Shown here one piece after another: positions 10,478 to 20,577 of a DNA stretch of 64,000 nt. The DNA is from an uncultured SAR86 cluster bacterium (lineage in GTDB: Bacteria > Pseudomonadota > Gammaproteobacteria > Magnimaribacterales > Magnimaribacteraceae). Position 1 is the first letter of the stretch; every line of letters starts with the position of its first letter. The stretch spans positions 21,112-85,111 of the forward strand of contig CACJMO010000001.1 in assembly GCA_902594545.1 (NCBI GenBank), in the 5' to 3' direction. Made by a program: the position numbers and the translations under genes. Below the pieces are notes generated by a model. The model saw only the letters and a list, made by a program, of their open reading frames with translations, had not been told where the DNA came from and made no database searches.

Positions 10478-12016
10478 TCACCAGAATCTTTTCTTTACCA
10501 AATTCCTTTGAATTTTGCCCGTAGGAAGACGGGGTAACTCTTCTTCCCAAAATTCGTAAGACTTGGGCTTCTTAAAACCTGATAACTTCTCTTCTGCCAT
10601 TGCGTGTAATTCCTTTAATACCAGATCAGGATCTGCTCCTGATTCTAAATTGATAACCGCCTTGATCTCTTCACCCCATTCTTTATTTGGCACGCCGACG
10701 CAACACACCTCCGATACTTTCTCATGCATAAGTAAGACATTATCAATTTCTTGAGGATAGATATTGGTTCCTCCTGAGATGATGGTGTCTGCACTTCGTC
10801 CTGTCAGGAAGTGATAACCGTCTTCATCACAGTAACCTATATCGCCCATAGTAAAATAGTCTCCCCAATATGCGCCCGAAGTTTTCTCTTTTGCTTTGTA
10901 ATATTCGAATCTTCCCTTAGAAGGAGCACTAAAATAAATCGTGCCCTCTTCACCAACTTCAACTTCGTCAAAGTTATCATCCAGTATTTTTACTTCTGTG
11001 CCCTCGTTGGCCTTGCCAACACTTCCCGGCTTCTTTAACCATTCTTCAGGCTGAATAAAACAACCGCCTCCTTCTGTGGCAGCATAGTATTCATAGAGTA
11101 TTGGGCCCATCCAATCCATCATGCCTTGCTTAACTTCAACTGGACAAGGGGCAGCTCCATGAAGAATCCAACGCATCGAAGATAGATCATATTTAGCCTT
11201 GGTCTCTTCTGGTAACCGTAAAATTCTGTGGAACATAGTTGCAACCATATGAGTATGAGTGCATTTGTGCTCATCAATTAAAGAGAGCATCTTTTCTGCG
11301 TCCCATTTATCCATCAAATAGACACCCACTCCTGCCATCAAAGATATATTGATATTCAAGCCAAGAGGAGCAGCATGGTAAGCCGGACCAGGACAGATAC
11401 TAAAATCAGATACAGGGTCAAAAGCAGCCGTATCAAGTGTAAGCTGCTCTGTTTTAGAAGGTGGAGGATTCTCCTTTCTAAATACTCCTTTTGGTCTGCC
11501 CGTTGTTCCTGATGTATAAAGCATAGACCTGCCAGCAGTAGGGGCAGTGATATCTGAATCGTCAAAATCAGATATTGTCTTTAAAAAAGGTTTCGCTAGA
11601 GAGTTATCACCATCTACTGACAAAAGTTTTACATCAGGATTAGCTTCATTAATAGCCTTAAAAAAGTCTGTAAAGCTTGCATCACAGACAACCACTTTTG
11701 CTTCGCAGTTTTCCACGATGTAACAAATTTCTTCTGGAGTTAGGTGCCAATTAATGGGTGTTATTCTGAGTCCAATTCTCAGTGGACCAAATAAAGCTTC
11801 TAAAAACTCAGGCCTATTCTTACAAACAATCGCTATAGCATCTCCGGGCTGTAATCCATTTTCTAAGAGATAATTTGCAAACTTATTGCAATTTGCATTC
11901 AATTCAAAAAAAGTTCGGTTACCGTATTCGCTGATAATAGCTTTGTTCTCAGGAAGCTTCTTGGCATGGTAAGCAATACCCATGCCTGCTGCGATATGTT
12001 CTTGAAGAGTTTCCAC
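10478..12016 (-). CDS. Acyl-CoA synthetase (AMP-binding enzyme)
   Basis: YTSGTTGRPKG, YAATEG, GDIG, GRS..IISGG and LPTGK motifs. Confidence 0.92.
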   Translation of the reverse strand: METLQEHIAAGMGIAYHAKKLPENKAIISEYGNRTFFELNANCNKFANYLLENGLQPGDAIAIVCKNRPEFLEALFGPLRIGLRITPINWHLTPEEICYIVENCEAKVVVCDASFTDFFKAINEANPDVKLLSVDGDNSLAKPFLKTISDFDDSDITAPTAGRSMLYTSGTTGRPKGVFRKENPPPSKTEQLTLDTAAFDPVSDFSICPGPAYHAAPLGLNINISLMAGVGVYLMDKWDAEKMLSLIDEHKCTHTHMVATMFHRILRLPEETKAKYDLSSMRWILHGAAPCPVEVKQGMMDWMGPILYEYYAATEGGGCFIQPEEWLKKPGSVGKANEGTEVKILDDNFDEVEVGEEGTIYFSAPSKGRFEYYKAKEKTSGAYWGDYFTMGDIGYCDEDGYHFLTGRSADTIISGGTNIYPQEIDNVLLMHEKVSEVCCVGVPNKEWGEEIKAVINLESGADPDLVLKELHAMAEEKLSGFKKPKSYEFWEEELPRLPTGKIQRNLVKKRFW

Positions 12017-13011
12017 TAGTCGATCAATGACTTTTGGTATTCATTAAGGATAGGTTTCTTGGGCCATTTATACTTTGCCCTATCCTCTGCTTCTAGAATT
12101 AAAGGAAATTCATCAGCATTTCTAAAACTATTGGTCCAATTAGTTGTAGAAATTAATTTATCAACAGCCTCTCTTCTTTTCTCCAACACGCTTTCATCGG
12201 ATAAATATTTAGGCATCATGCAAATTAAAGAGGCGGCACGAATTAAGTTATTGGTATCGTCAGATAGTTTTGTGCCAGAATTGCTGCAGTGAATGGTTCT
12301 TGAATCCCACAACAACATATCTCCAGGTTCCATATGACACATTACAGCTGGCTTGGAGGAAAGTTTAGGATCATCATTAGGAAATCTGAAATGATCAATA
12401 TCGAGCGGCAATCGACCCAGTCTTTCTTCGTATTCATTTGGAATATTTTTAAAGAAATTATGAGATTCGGGGATTATGACATTCCCTCCTATTTCTTTCG
12501 AAGTTGGTAACAAGTTAACTAGTCCTTGTATGCACTGTTTGCCAGGCTTAGAAATTGGATGTTGGTCTATATGAAACCACGACTGTCCACTCTCTGTTTT
12601 CCAATCAGGATTGATGTTCCATGGTCTCCACAGAGATACTCCATCAAAACTTGTTAATAATTCATCCGTATTCCAAATCTTTGCAAAGGCTTTTTTAACA
12701 TTCGGAATTCCTCTCAAATACCATTGCGCTTCAGAATGACCAATCCCATAACTTGGCATGATTCCTCCATGAGCACATGTTGGCCATCTCTCGTCTCCCC
12801 AAGTAGAGACATCATTCCTGTCGATACCCGTATCCAGACCCTCAAGATAATCCCACAATAGATCGAGTGTTTTAGCAGCCTCAGAACTGGATAAAGCATT
12901 CTTGATAACAACATATCCCTGTTCTTCTAGATACTCAATACTTTCTTCTGAACCAGATTCAAACCTAGGAACATCCTTATATTCGATTTCTATATTGAAA
13001 TTGCTTTCCAT
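12016..13011 (-). CDS. Phytanoyl-CoA dioxygenase-like Fe(II)/2-oxoglutarate oxygenase
   Basis: HID (HxD) and DSRTIH iron-ligand motifs; EQGYVVI N-terminal pattern. Confidence 0.78.
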   Translation of the reverse strand: MESNFNIEIEYKDVPRFESGSEESIEYLEEQGYVVIKNALSSSEAAKTLDLLWDYLEGLDTGIDRNDVSTWGDERWPTCAHGGIMPSYGIGHSEAQWYLRGIPNVKKAFAKIWNTDELLTSFDGVSLWRPWNINPDWKTESGQSWFHIDQHPISKPGKQCIQGLVNLLPTSKEIGGNVIIPESHNFFKNIPNEYEERLGRLPLDIDHFRFPNDDPKLSSKPAVMCHMEPGDMLLWDSRTIHCSNSGTKLSDDTNNLIRAASLICMMPKYLSDESVLEKRREAVDKLISTTNWTNSFRNADEFPLILEAEDRAKYKWPKKPILNEYQKSLID

Positions 13012-13042
13012 TTTCTCCCCGTTTACCTACACATTAAGTAAT

Positions 13043-13954
13043 TTAGCCTAAGTTTACAACCTCGTCTTTTGTAGGCATTGAGGAAGATGCACCTTTTCGA
13101 GTAACTGAAATTGAAGCTGCTTTATTTGCAAATACTGAGGCATCGAATAGATTTTTATCTTCGAGCAGATAGCTTGCCATAGCCCCTACAAAGCAATCAC
13201 CCGATCCAGTAGTATCAACCGAATTTACTTTATGCCCTTCAATATATTCATCTTTGTTCTGGTCTCTGACATAAATACCTTCAGCTCCCAAAGTAACAAC
13301 GATAGCTTGGTGTTTAGCTAGGGATAGCAGATCTACAGATGCTCTTATTGAATCAATATTTGTATCCTTTAGTTTCTTCTTAGTCAAAGCTTCCAGCTCT
13401 ATTTCATTAACAACTAGCAAATCGGTTTCATTAAAAAGTGATGTACTGAATTCGATTGCCGGAGCAACATTCAAAATCCTATAACAATGCCCTTGTTTAA
13501 CACGCGAAAATAAAAGTTCAATTTGGTTAGGTGGAACCTCAAGTTGTGAAATTAAGATTTCAACAGACGCGAGAGTTTTGTCATCAATTTGATCAGCGCT
13601 GACATGTGCATTTGCTCCAGGAATAACTATTATTTGATTTTCAGAAGAGCTCTCAATTACATTTATTAAAGCAACTCCAGATTCTCCCTCAACCTCTTTG
13701 AGTAATTGAGTATTAACCTTTTCTAAATTCAACTTTTCTTTTAGCTTTTGTCCATAAATATCACTACCAACTTTCCCTACAAAAGATACATCAGCGCCTA
13801 ACTTAGATGCAGCTACAGCTTGATTTGAGCCTTTTCCGCCTAAAAAGGTTTCAAAGCTATTTCCAATAATAGTCTCTCCATCATTTGGTTTAGCATCACT
13901 ATAGACCACCAAATCCATATTGATACTGCCGAAAACCATGACGGGACTTTGCAT
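13043..13954 (-). CDS. rbsK: Ribokinase (PfkB family)
   Basis: GSINMDL, GGKGSNQA, VDTTGSGDCF PfkB/ribokinase signatures. Confidence 0.88.
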   Translation of the reverse strand: MQSPVMVFGSINMDLVVYSDAKPNDGETIIGNSFETFLGGKGSNQAVAASKLGADVSFVGKVGSDIYGQKLKEKLNLEKVNTQLLKEVEGESGVALINVIESSSENQIIVIPGANAHVSADQIDDKTLASVEILISQLEVPPNQIELLFSRVKQGHCYRILNVAPAIEFSTSLFNETDLLVVNEIELEALTKKKLKDTNIDSIRASVDLLSLAKHQAIVVTLGAEGIYVRDQNKDEYIEGHKVNSVDTTGSGDCFVGAMASYLLEDKNLFDASVFANKAASISVTRKGASSSMPTKDEVVNLG

Positions 13955-13960
13955 AGATTA

Positions 13961-15028
13961 TTATTTCAAATCAGCTACAGAGGAAAACTTATCGACAAGA
14001 AAGCATGTTCTATTCACTAAGTCATCCAAATTCAATTCTCCAACTCCTGCGATGGCAGTCATCACTCTTCCCTGCCACGGATCTGTCCAAGATGAGGGTA
14101 TTGATCCTTTATCCAAGCCAATTAATCCACCAACTGTTGCACCTGTACAGTCTGTATCCCAGCCACAACAGATAGTTTCTCCGATAGCTTCATCAAATGA
14201 ATCTTGAAAGGAGAGGAAAGCCCAAACCACAACAGCTAAGTTATTTAAACTATGGACCGGTGACATGTCTCCATAATGATCATGAAGATTAGATGCAGGC
14301 TCATTTTTAAATTTCTTACCAATTTCTACTGCTTCATAAGCAAGGGAATCCTTATCAATTATTTCTAGGGCCGCATCCACTGCCTCCTCTCTTGAACCTG
14401 TAGTGGGTATTAATGCACAAAGGGCTGCAATATAAGCTGATGCCTCAACAGCATCGGATCGATGAGAAAGTGTTGCGTCACGTCTGGCTAATTCAGCCGC
14501 TAGTTTAGGCTTACCTGGAAGTAACCAACCATACATGTCGATGCGTATTTGAGCTCCGATCCAATCGTTATATTCACCGTCATTGATATCTTCTATATCA
14601 AAAGTCCTAGGACCTCCAAATTGATAAGACATATCTGATTTTTCAATTAGCTTAAGATACGAATCTCTTTCAGCTGTAAAGGTTGCTCCAACTGGCAATA
14701 AATTGATCCAAGTTCTGGCTACATCATCTGTATCTATTTCAATACCATGCTTTTCCATCATCATCAAAGCCAAAACCAAATAAGTAATATCATCATCCAC
14801 TTCTGCTTTATCCATCATACCCAAGCAGCATTTCTTATTTGCGCCTCGAAGCATTTCATGCTCCATATAATTTACGTAATTCCTCAAGGGCAGTGATCCC
14901 GATTCCTCTAGGAATTTATTAAGTCCTTGGGGCCCTTCTCTCATAGAAATCATTTCAACAGGCTTTCCCAATAAACAGCCTGAAATTCTTCCTTGCCAGG
15001 CAGCTTTTATCCTCTCCTCATTTTTCAT
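13961..15028 (-). CDS. ADP-ribosylglycohydrolase family protein
   Basis: GCLLGKPVE, DDDITY and GWDTDCTGAT metal-binding motifs of the ARH/DraG fold. Confidence 0.85.
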   Translation of the reverse strand: MKNEERIKAAWQGRISGCLLGKPVEMISMREGPQGLNKFLEESGSLPLRNYVNYMEHEMLRGANKKCCLGMMDKAEVDDDITYLVLALMMMEKHGIEIDTDDVARTWINLLPVGATFTAERDSYLKLIEKSDMSYQFGGPRTFDIEDINDGEYNDWIGAQIRIDMYGWLLPGKPKLAAELARRDATLSHRSDAVEASAYIAALCALIPTTGSREEAVDAALEIIDKDSLAYEAVEIGKKFKNEPASNLHDHYGDMSPVHSLNNLAVVVWAFLSFQDSFDEAIGETICCGWDTDCTGATVGGLIGLDKGSIPSSWTDPWQGRVMTAIAGVGELNLDDLVNRTCFLVDKFSSVADLK

Positions 15029-15040
15029 AAATATCTCCTT

Positions 15041-15589
15041 TTAGTCCAAAACCTCTTCATCTAATTCTTCAAAGATCATCTCATCTTCAAACATCAAAGT
15101 TGTTATATCTTTCATTCTATCGACATAAAGTTTTCCAATTAAGTGATCAAGCTCATGCTGGAAAACCGTAGCTAAAAAGTCTTCCACTTCAATGGATCTG
15201 GGTTGCGCTCCTTCATCCAGGAAATCAACCCTGATTTTTCTTGGCCTTTCCACAAAACCTCTTAAGCCTGGGACGCTTAAACAACCCTCCCAAAATCCCT
15301 GTTCCGTTTTGTCCAATACCGTAATCTCAGGATTAAAAATTACAAATGCCTCACTATCCTCCATATCGGGATATCGATCAGAGTCTTCAGAAAGCTTAAT
15401 AACTGCTAGTTGTTTCGAAATACCTATTTGGGGAGCAGCTAAACCAATGCCACCCGCTGCCTCCAAAGAATCCCACATGTCCTCTAAAAGTAATCCTGTA
15501 TCCGGGCTTTTAATTTCTTCAACTGAGAACTTTTCAGCAACTTCTCTAAGAAGAGGATTTCCCATTTTGATTATTTCAATTGCACTCAT
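15041..15589 (-). CDS. def: Peptide deformylase
   Basis: GIGLAAPQIG, EGCLS, QHELDH motifs. Confidence 0.95.
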   Translation of the reverse strand: MSAIEIIKMGNPLLREVAEKFSVEEIKSPDTGLLLEDMWDSLEAAGGIGLAAPQIGISKQLAVIKLSEDSDRYPDMEDSEAFVIFNPEITVLDKTEQGFWEGCLSVPGLRGFVERPRKIRVDFLDEGAQPRSIEVEDFLATVFQHELDHLIGKLYVDRMKDITTLMFEDEMIFEELDEEVLD

Positions 15590-15656
15590 TCGTTTTCCTT
15601 ACGTGAGAATAAATCTCATTGAGCTTGTAAGCTCTAAATTATGTTACTTTTTTTTT

Positions 15657-15896
15657 ATGGATAAACCAAAAATAGTACAAAAATTTCCGTATAAAGTATC
15701 CGTTGAATCGGGAAAAAGTTATTACTGGTGTCGTTGCGGGTTAAGTCAAAAGCAACCTTTTTGCGATGGGTCTCATGAAGGCACTGATTTTCTTCCAGAA
15801 AAGGTTAAGTCAGAAGAATCAAAAGATATCTTTTTTTGTGGCTGCAAAATGAGTTCCAACGGTGCACTTTGCGATGGCACTCACAAAGATCTCTAA
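15657..15896 (+). CDS. CDGSH iron-sulfur domain protein (two CDGSH motifs, 79 aa)
   Basis: WCRCGLSQKQPFCDGSH and FCGCKMSSNGALCDGTH; the real start is ATG 15657, as the 15192 start in the track overlaps def. Confidence 0.9.
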   Translation: MDKPKIVQKFPYKVSVESGKSYYWCRCGLSQKQPFCDGSHEGTDFLPEKVKSEESKDIFFCGCKMSSNGALCDGTHKDL

Positions 15897-16925
15897 TTAA
15901 TCAGGATCGGCAACTTTAAGGAGCTGTTTTCCTTTATTCTTACCCGTGTAGAGTCTAAGCAAAGTATCAGGGGCATTCTCTATACCTTCCTGAATATCCT
16001 CTTGATAAATTATCTTCCCTTCTTGGACCCATTGCATCAGATCAGCAATCGCTTCAGGGAATTTGTCCATATAGTCCAAGACAATAAAACCTTCCATTCT
16101 GGCTCTTTGAATAATCAATGCAGTGTAGTTTGAGGGACCAGGTGCAGGTGTCTCATTGTTGTAGCCTGATATTGCTCCACAAACAGCTATTCTTGCGCTC
16201 TGGTTAACACTCATCAAAGCAGTATTAAGAAATTCGCCTCCTACATTATCGAATATTACATCCACACCTTCAGGACATAATTCTGGGATTACCTCTGCCA
16301 AATTGGCTTCTTTGTAGTCTATGGCTGCATCTATCTTTGCTTCTTCGGTAAGCCATCTACACTTTTCAGTGCCTCCAGCAACTCCGATCACTCGACAACC
16401 TTTTAATTTTGCAATCTGTGCAGCAATTGAACCCGTAGAGCCGGCAGCGCCTGATACAAGAACGGTTTCTCCTTCCTTAGCTTGTCCTACATCCAAGAGG
16501 CCAAAGTAAGCAGTTAAACCAGTTATACCAAAAACGCTTAACGGAGCTGTGAGCGATTGGCCTTCAGGAATGACAGTTGCATTTAAAATACCCTGGCCGT
16601 TGGAAATGGCATATTCTTGCCAACCAAATGTTCCTTGGACTTTATCTCCTACTTTGTAATCGGGATTATTAGATTCAATTACCTGTCCAACGGAGCCTGC
16701 TCTCATTACTTCACCAATGCCAACCGGAGGTACGTAGCTTTTTCTATCTTCCATCCAACCCCTCTGTGCTGGATCAAAACTAAGGTAGAGGTTTTTTATA
16801 AGAAACTCCCCATCTTCAATATCCCTCACATCTTCCTCGTCAAATGAAAAATTGTGCTCGCCAACCATTCCGACAGGCCTTTTAGCTAATGTCCATTTTC
16901 TATTTTTTAAATTTTTCATAATCAA
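15897..16925 (-). CDS. NADP-dependent oxidoreductase (prostaglandin-reductase-like MDR)
   Basis: LSFDPAQRGWM, GLTAYFGL, SGAAGSTG, DNVGG motifs. Confidence 0.9.
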   Translation of the reverse strand: MIMKNLKNRKWTLAKRPVGMVGEHNFSFDEEDVRDIEDGEFLIKNLYLSFDPAQRGWMEDRKSYVPPVGIGEVMRAGSVGQVIESNNPDYKVGDKVQGTFGWQEYAISNGQGILNATVIPEGQSLTAPLSVFGITGLTAYFGLLDVGQAKEGETVLVSGAAGSTGSIAAQIAKLKGCRVIGVAGGTEKCRWLTEEAKIDAAIDYKEANLAEVIPELCPEGVDVIFDNVGGEFLNTALMSVNQSARIAVCGAISGYNNETPAPGPSNYTALIIQRARMEGFIVLDYMDKFPEAIADLMQWVQEGKIIYQEDIQEGIENAPDTLLRLYTGKNKGKQLLKVADPD

Positions 16926-18823
16926 TCCTTATTTGATTTACTGTTTGAGTTACACGAAGGAGGTAAATTGATGGTTGGGTTCTTTTCAAAGAAACCTACC
17001 GGTATCAAATGGAATCCGCAATACTCAACAGGCATTACCGGCCAATCTTCTGGTCTTGGAGTATGCGTTACACCAAAAGTGTGCCAAGTTACTAAATCGC
17101 ACTCACTTATATCACGATTAGATGCAGTTAATTCATCTAAACCGCCTTCTCCGGAATGCATCACAGAATATTCACCTCCGGCTGCCTGCTCCCCCTTATC
17201 AAATGGTGTAGCCCACAGATTGTGCTTAGCAAAAGATGCCCTCTTTCCCGGAGGAGAATCTGGATGAGCTAGAAGAGCCGGAGTGTTGCCTGGTAATAGT
17301 TTATAACCAGATGGAAGACCGAAAGAATTCGTTTTATTAGCATTAATTATTTTCCATGTTCTACTGGAAGCATTCGAAACATTACGCTTAGCTTCGCTCT
17401 CAGTTTTTAGATGTTTAGCAACTGCACTAAGTTGCATTCCATGTGGATTATCTTCACTTATCGGCAAGGCTTCGACATTAGTCTCGTACAGCTGATTGTC
17501 TCCACTCTCTAGATCCCAATCCATTCTGACGCAAAATAAATGTTGATGAATAGGAGCCACTAATTCATCAGAGATACGGAAATCCTGATCTTTTCTGTGT
17601 ACTTTTTCATCGTAGGCGCTTATCCCGACTATACCTGTTAGTTTCACTTCGCACTGGACAGTGCCATCAAGGTATAAGTACCAGAAAAGTCCGTAGTCAT
17701 AATTTCCTATGGTCGCTATAGAACTTATAACTAATCGTCTGGATCGCCTAACTTCATTAGCGCCAAGCATATTCATATCCATGTGCTTCCATTGGATTCC
17801 ATAATCTTCCTCATGAATACAAATAGCACTTTCAATAGTATTTACTGATCCATCAAACATAAGCATATTGGCATCCATGTAGTAGATCTCACCCAAGCAA
17901 TCACAGCCCAGAGTTAAGGAATTAACCAGAGTTCCAAAACCATATTCGGTACCATCGTGTACTGCTTTCCAGCTATGCATTGGGTCAGCTGTCCCATAGG
18001 GAACAACCATATCTGAAAGAGCTACCCTATGAAGTATTGATCTGCCATCTAAAGATAACTGATGCAGAACAGGACCTTCGTCAGGATTTACAGAGACTCT
18101 GACCTGCCATCCTTCCCAACTGATGAGATTTCCTTTAACTTCAAAACCCGGTCCATCTGGTTGAGTGATATCAATCTTCTTAGGTTGATTTCTGAGCTCT
18201 GGTTGAGAGTCTGCATCGTACCTGGCGTGCGCTTTAGGCATTGGAACTACCCCATGATCTTCAACATGAGTGACCTTCTGTGAAGTCAGATCTATATGAG
18301 AAATAACTCCAGTAATAGGCTTGGCATATGCATTGTCTGTCTCATTTTCTCTTAAAAAAGATATTGTTTTGAGTGCTCTGTGACCTGGCTCAATGCTTTC
18401 ATGGACAATCCCTCCAGCTGGCCAAGGGTCAATCTGTACGAGATCCAGATCAGTGATATCTCTTTTTTTCAAAGCTTCCTGGTAACGCTCATCAGCTTTG
18501 GTTAGTTCCTGAGCTGCAAATACTTCGGCCATGCTATAAGAAACCTGGGCTTCGTTTGGTACTCTATCCACTTTAGCTATCTTTTTAGCAACCACATCTA
18601 ATATAGCTACAAAACCACCATCAGGTTGAGAGTCTATTCCACGAATTTTCAAATTTCTTGGGCAATCATCCCCTTCCTTGAAATTTCTTACAAATTCTTT
18701 ATCGGGCTCAACAAGGCTGATATTTACAAAAAGCGCATCATCCATAACAGACGAAGAAGATCTGCATAGTTCAACTGCAGTATTTATTTCGTCAGCTGTA
18801 ATCTGATCTAATGGGTGGTTCAT
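16922..18823 (-). CDS. Copper-containing primary amine oxidase
   Basis: TIGNYDY topaquinone consensus, HQH and THTPRPEDWP copper ligands; HPLD N-terminus with GGAGAG SD before ATG 18823. Confidence 0.93.
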   Translation of the reverse strand: MNHPLDQITADEINTAVELCRSSSSVMDDALFVNISLVEPDKEFVRNFKEGDDCPRNLKIRGIDSQPDGGFVAILDVVAKKIAKVDRVPNEAQVSYSMAEVFAAQELTKADERYQEALKKRDITDLDLVQIDPWPAGGIVHESIEPGHRALKTISFLRENETDNAYAKPITGVISHIDLTSQKVTHVEDHGVVPMPKAHARYDADSQPELRNQPKKIDITQPDGPGFEVKGNLISWEGWQVRVSVNPDEGPVLHQLSLDGRSILHRVALSDMVVPYGTADPMHSWKAVHDGTEYGFGTLVNSLTLGCDCLGEIYYMDANMLMFDGSVNTIESAICIHEEDYGIQWKHMDMNMLGANEVRRSRRLVISSIATIGNYDYGLFWYLYLDGTVQCEVKLTGIVGISAYDEKVHRKDQDFRISDELVAPIHQHLFCVRMDWDLESGDNQLYETNVEALPISEDNPHGMQLSAVAKHLKTESEAKRNVSNASSRTWKIINANKTNSFGLPSGYKLLPGNTPALLAHPDSPPGKRASFAKHNLWATPFDKGEQAAGGEYSVMHSGEGGLDELTASNRDISECDLVTWHTFGVTHTPRPEDWPVMPVEYCGFHLIPVGFFEKNPTINLPPSCNSNSKSNKD

Positions 18824-18927
18824 ATACTCTCCGGCATTTTTTCTCAATAATTCTACTCGGATCGTACCATTGAAGATATAGTTTGTGCAGTGTACCGTGA
18901 AGTTTACAAAGACAACTAACTTAAGAA

Positions 18928-20346
18928 ATGGAATCTAAAGAAAAAGTAAGTGCGTTCCTAGATGATTCGCTTGGCAATGATGATGCGGTGGGTATAGCTG
19001 AAAAAATAGAAAAGGGTGACTTAGATCCCCAGACAATTACTAAGGATGCTATCGCGAGGGCTCAGCGAGTAAACCCTCACTTGAATGCAATTGCAGTTGA
19101 AGACTTTGATTCTGCACTTGAAAGATCTAAAGGGTCTTTTTCAGGTAGCTTTAACGGAATCCCTACTTTTATAAAAGATACGGACCAAGTTCTTGGACTG
19201 CCTATATATCTTGGCAGCAGAACTCTGCCAGGTGATATCTCAAATAAATTCTCTAAAACAGCACAGCAGGTTCTCGCTACTGGACTCAATCACCTGGGTA
19301 CCACTACAACACCAGAGTTTGGATTAACTGGAACTACAGAGAGCATGCGCTTTGGTGCTACACGTAATCCTTGGAATACAGGCTACTCTACTGGTGGCTC
19401 ATCAGGAGGGAGTTCTGCTTTGGTAGCTGCAGGAGTGATTCCAATAGCTCATGCAAATGATGGTGCAGGATCAATAAGGATTCCTGCTTCCTGTTGTGGC
19501 CTTGTAGGACTTAAAGCTTCGAGGGGCAGAATTAAAGACAAAGAAGTTCCGGGTTATTTTCCAGCAAATATTTTGCATGATGGTGTTGTTACTCGTACGG
19601 TAAGAGATACATGGGCTTTTCATGCTGCAATTGAAAAACAAAATCCTGCAAAAGAGTTTCCTCCCATTGGTGAAATCTCAGAAACCTACAGAACCGACTT
19701 GCGAATTGCGGTACTTACTGAGACTTGTCATGGAATTCAGAGTGATGATTTTCTAGTTGAAGCAACTCATGATGCAGCTAGAAAGTGCGAATCCCTCGGT
19801 CATAATATAGAGATTATTTCTAATCCTTTTTACAAAAAATTTGATCAAGATTTTTGGTTGTTATGGACACATTTAGCTTTTTATCTTCGTTATGGAGGAG
19901 GAAAGGAATTCAGTTCAAAATTTGATCCTTCGCAATTAGAAACATGGCCACAATTTTTAGTTAAGCACCACTGGAAAAATCTATATAAATTGCCCATTGC
20001 CTTTAGGAGACTTAGGAAGTTTGCTTCGGAATATGAAAAATTATTGGAAGGATTTGATATCCTCATAACCCCTACTCTTGGAACAACGCCTCCAAAAATT
20101 GGTTTTTTTGGACCGGAGGTTGACGGCGAAACACACTGGCAGAGGATCAATGAATACCTGCCCTTCACAAAGTATCAAAATATTTCAGGGGCGCCAGCAA
20201 TAACTTTACCGTGCTCTACTGACAGTGAGGGTTTGCCCATAGGTATTCAATTTGCAAGTCGTCTTGGAGAAGATCGACTCTTGCTGGAATTTAGCAAGCA
20301 ATTAGAAGAGGCTTCTTCGTGGAAGAGCCTATCTCAGGTGAAATAA
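18928..20346 (+). CDS. Amidase signature family enzyme
   Basis: IKD, GGSSGGS and DGAGSIR Lys-Ser-Ser triad motifs. Confidence 0.92.
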   Translation: MESKEKVSAFLDDSLGNDDAVGIAEKIEKGDLDPQTITKDAIARAQRVNPHLNAIAVEDFDSALERSKGSFSGSFNGIPTFIKDTDQVLGLPIYLGSRTLPGDISNKFSKTAQQVLATGLNHLGTTTTPEFGLTGTTESMRFGATRNPWNTGYSTGGSSGGSSALVAAGVIPIAHANDGAGSIRIPASCCGLVGLKASRGRIKDKEVPGYFPANILHDGVVTRTVRDTWAFHAAIEKQNPAKEFPPIGEISETYRTDLRIAVLTETCHGIQSDDFLVEATHDAARKCESLGHNIEIISNPFYKKFDQDFWLLWTHLAFYLRYGGGKEFSSKFDPSQLETWPQFLVKHHWKNLYKLPIAFRRLRKFASEYEKLLEGFDILITPTLGTTPPKIGFFGPEVDGETHWQRINEYLPFTKYQNISGAPAITLPCSTDSEGLPIGIQFASRLGEDRLLLEFSKQLEEASSWKSLSQVK

Positions 20347-20363
20347 GGTCTAGGATCTCTCAT

Positions 20364-20564
20364 CTAGGTTAATAAGAAGCTAACGATGAAGGTGTATGAC
20401 ATAACAATAATAATCCACACTACCCAATAAGCCCTGGCTAGCTTTCTGAGAGGTAAGAATTCTGTCCAAGAATCGTCTTCTCTATCTTTGGGTCTTCTGG
20501 TGAAGTCATAAAGAATGGCTATCCAGAAGACTATAAATAAGCTGTATAGAATTACTGAATACAT
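20364..20564 (-). CDS. Small two-TM hypothetical membrane protein
   Basis: 66-aa ORF with two hydrophobic helices; fills the gap directly downstream of the phosphatase. Confidence 0.6.
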   Translation of the reverse strand: MYSVILYSLFIVFWIAILYDFTRRPKDREDDSWTEFLPLRKLARAYWVVWIIIVMSYTFIVSFLLT

Positions 20565-20577
20565 ATATTAAGTTAGA

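Noticed and set aside
15192-15656. N-terminal extension of the CDGSH ORF, giving an apparent 234-aa fusion
   Set aside because: Antisense to def; the real gene starts at 15657.
15647-15656. T10 homopolymer just before the CDGSH start as a phase-variation site
   Set aside because: Non-coding, and such runs are common in this AT-rich sequence; no supporting evidence.
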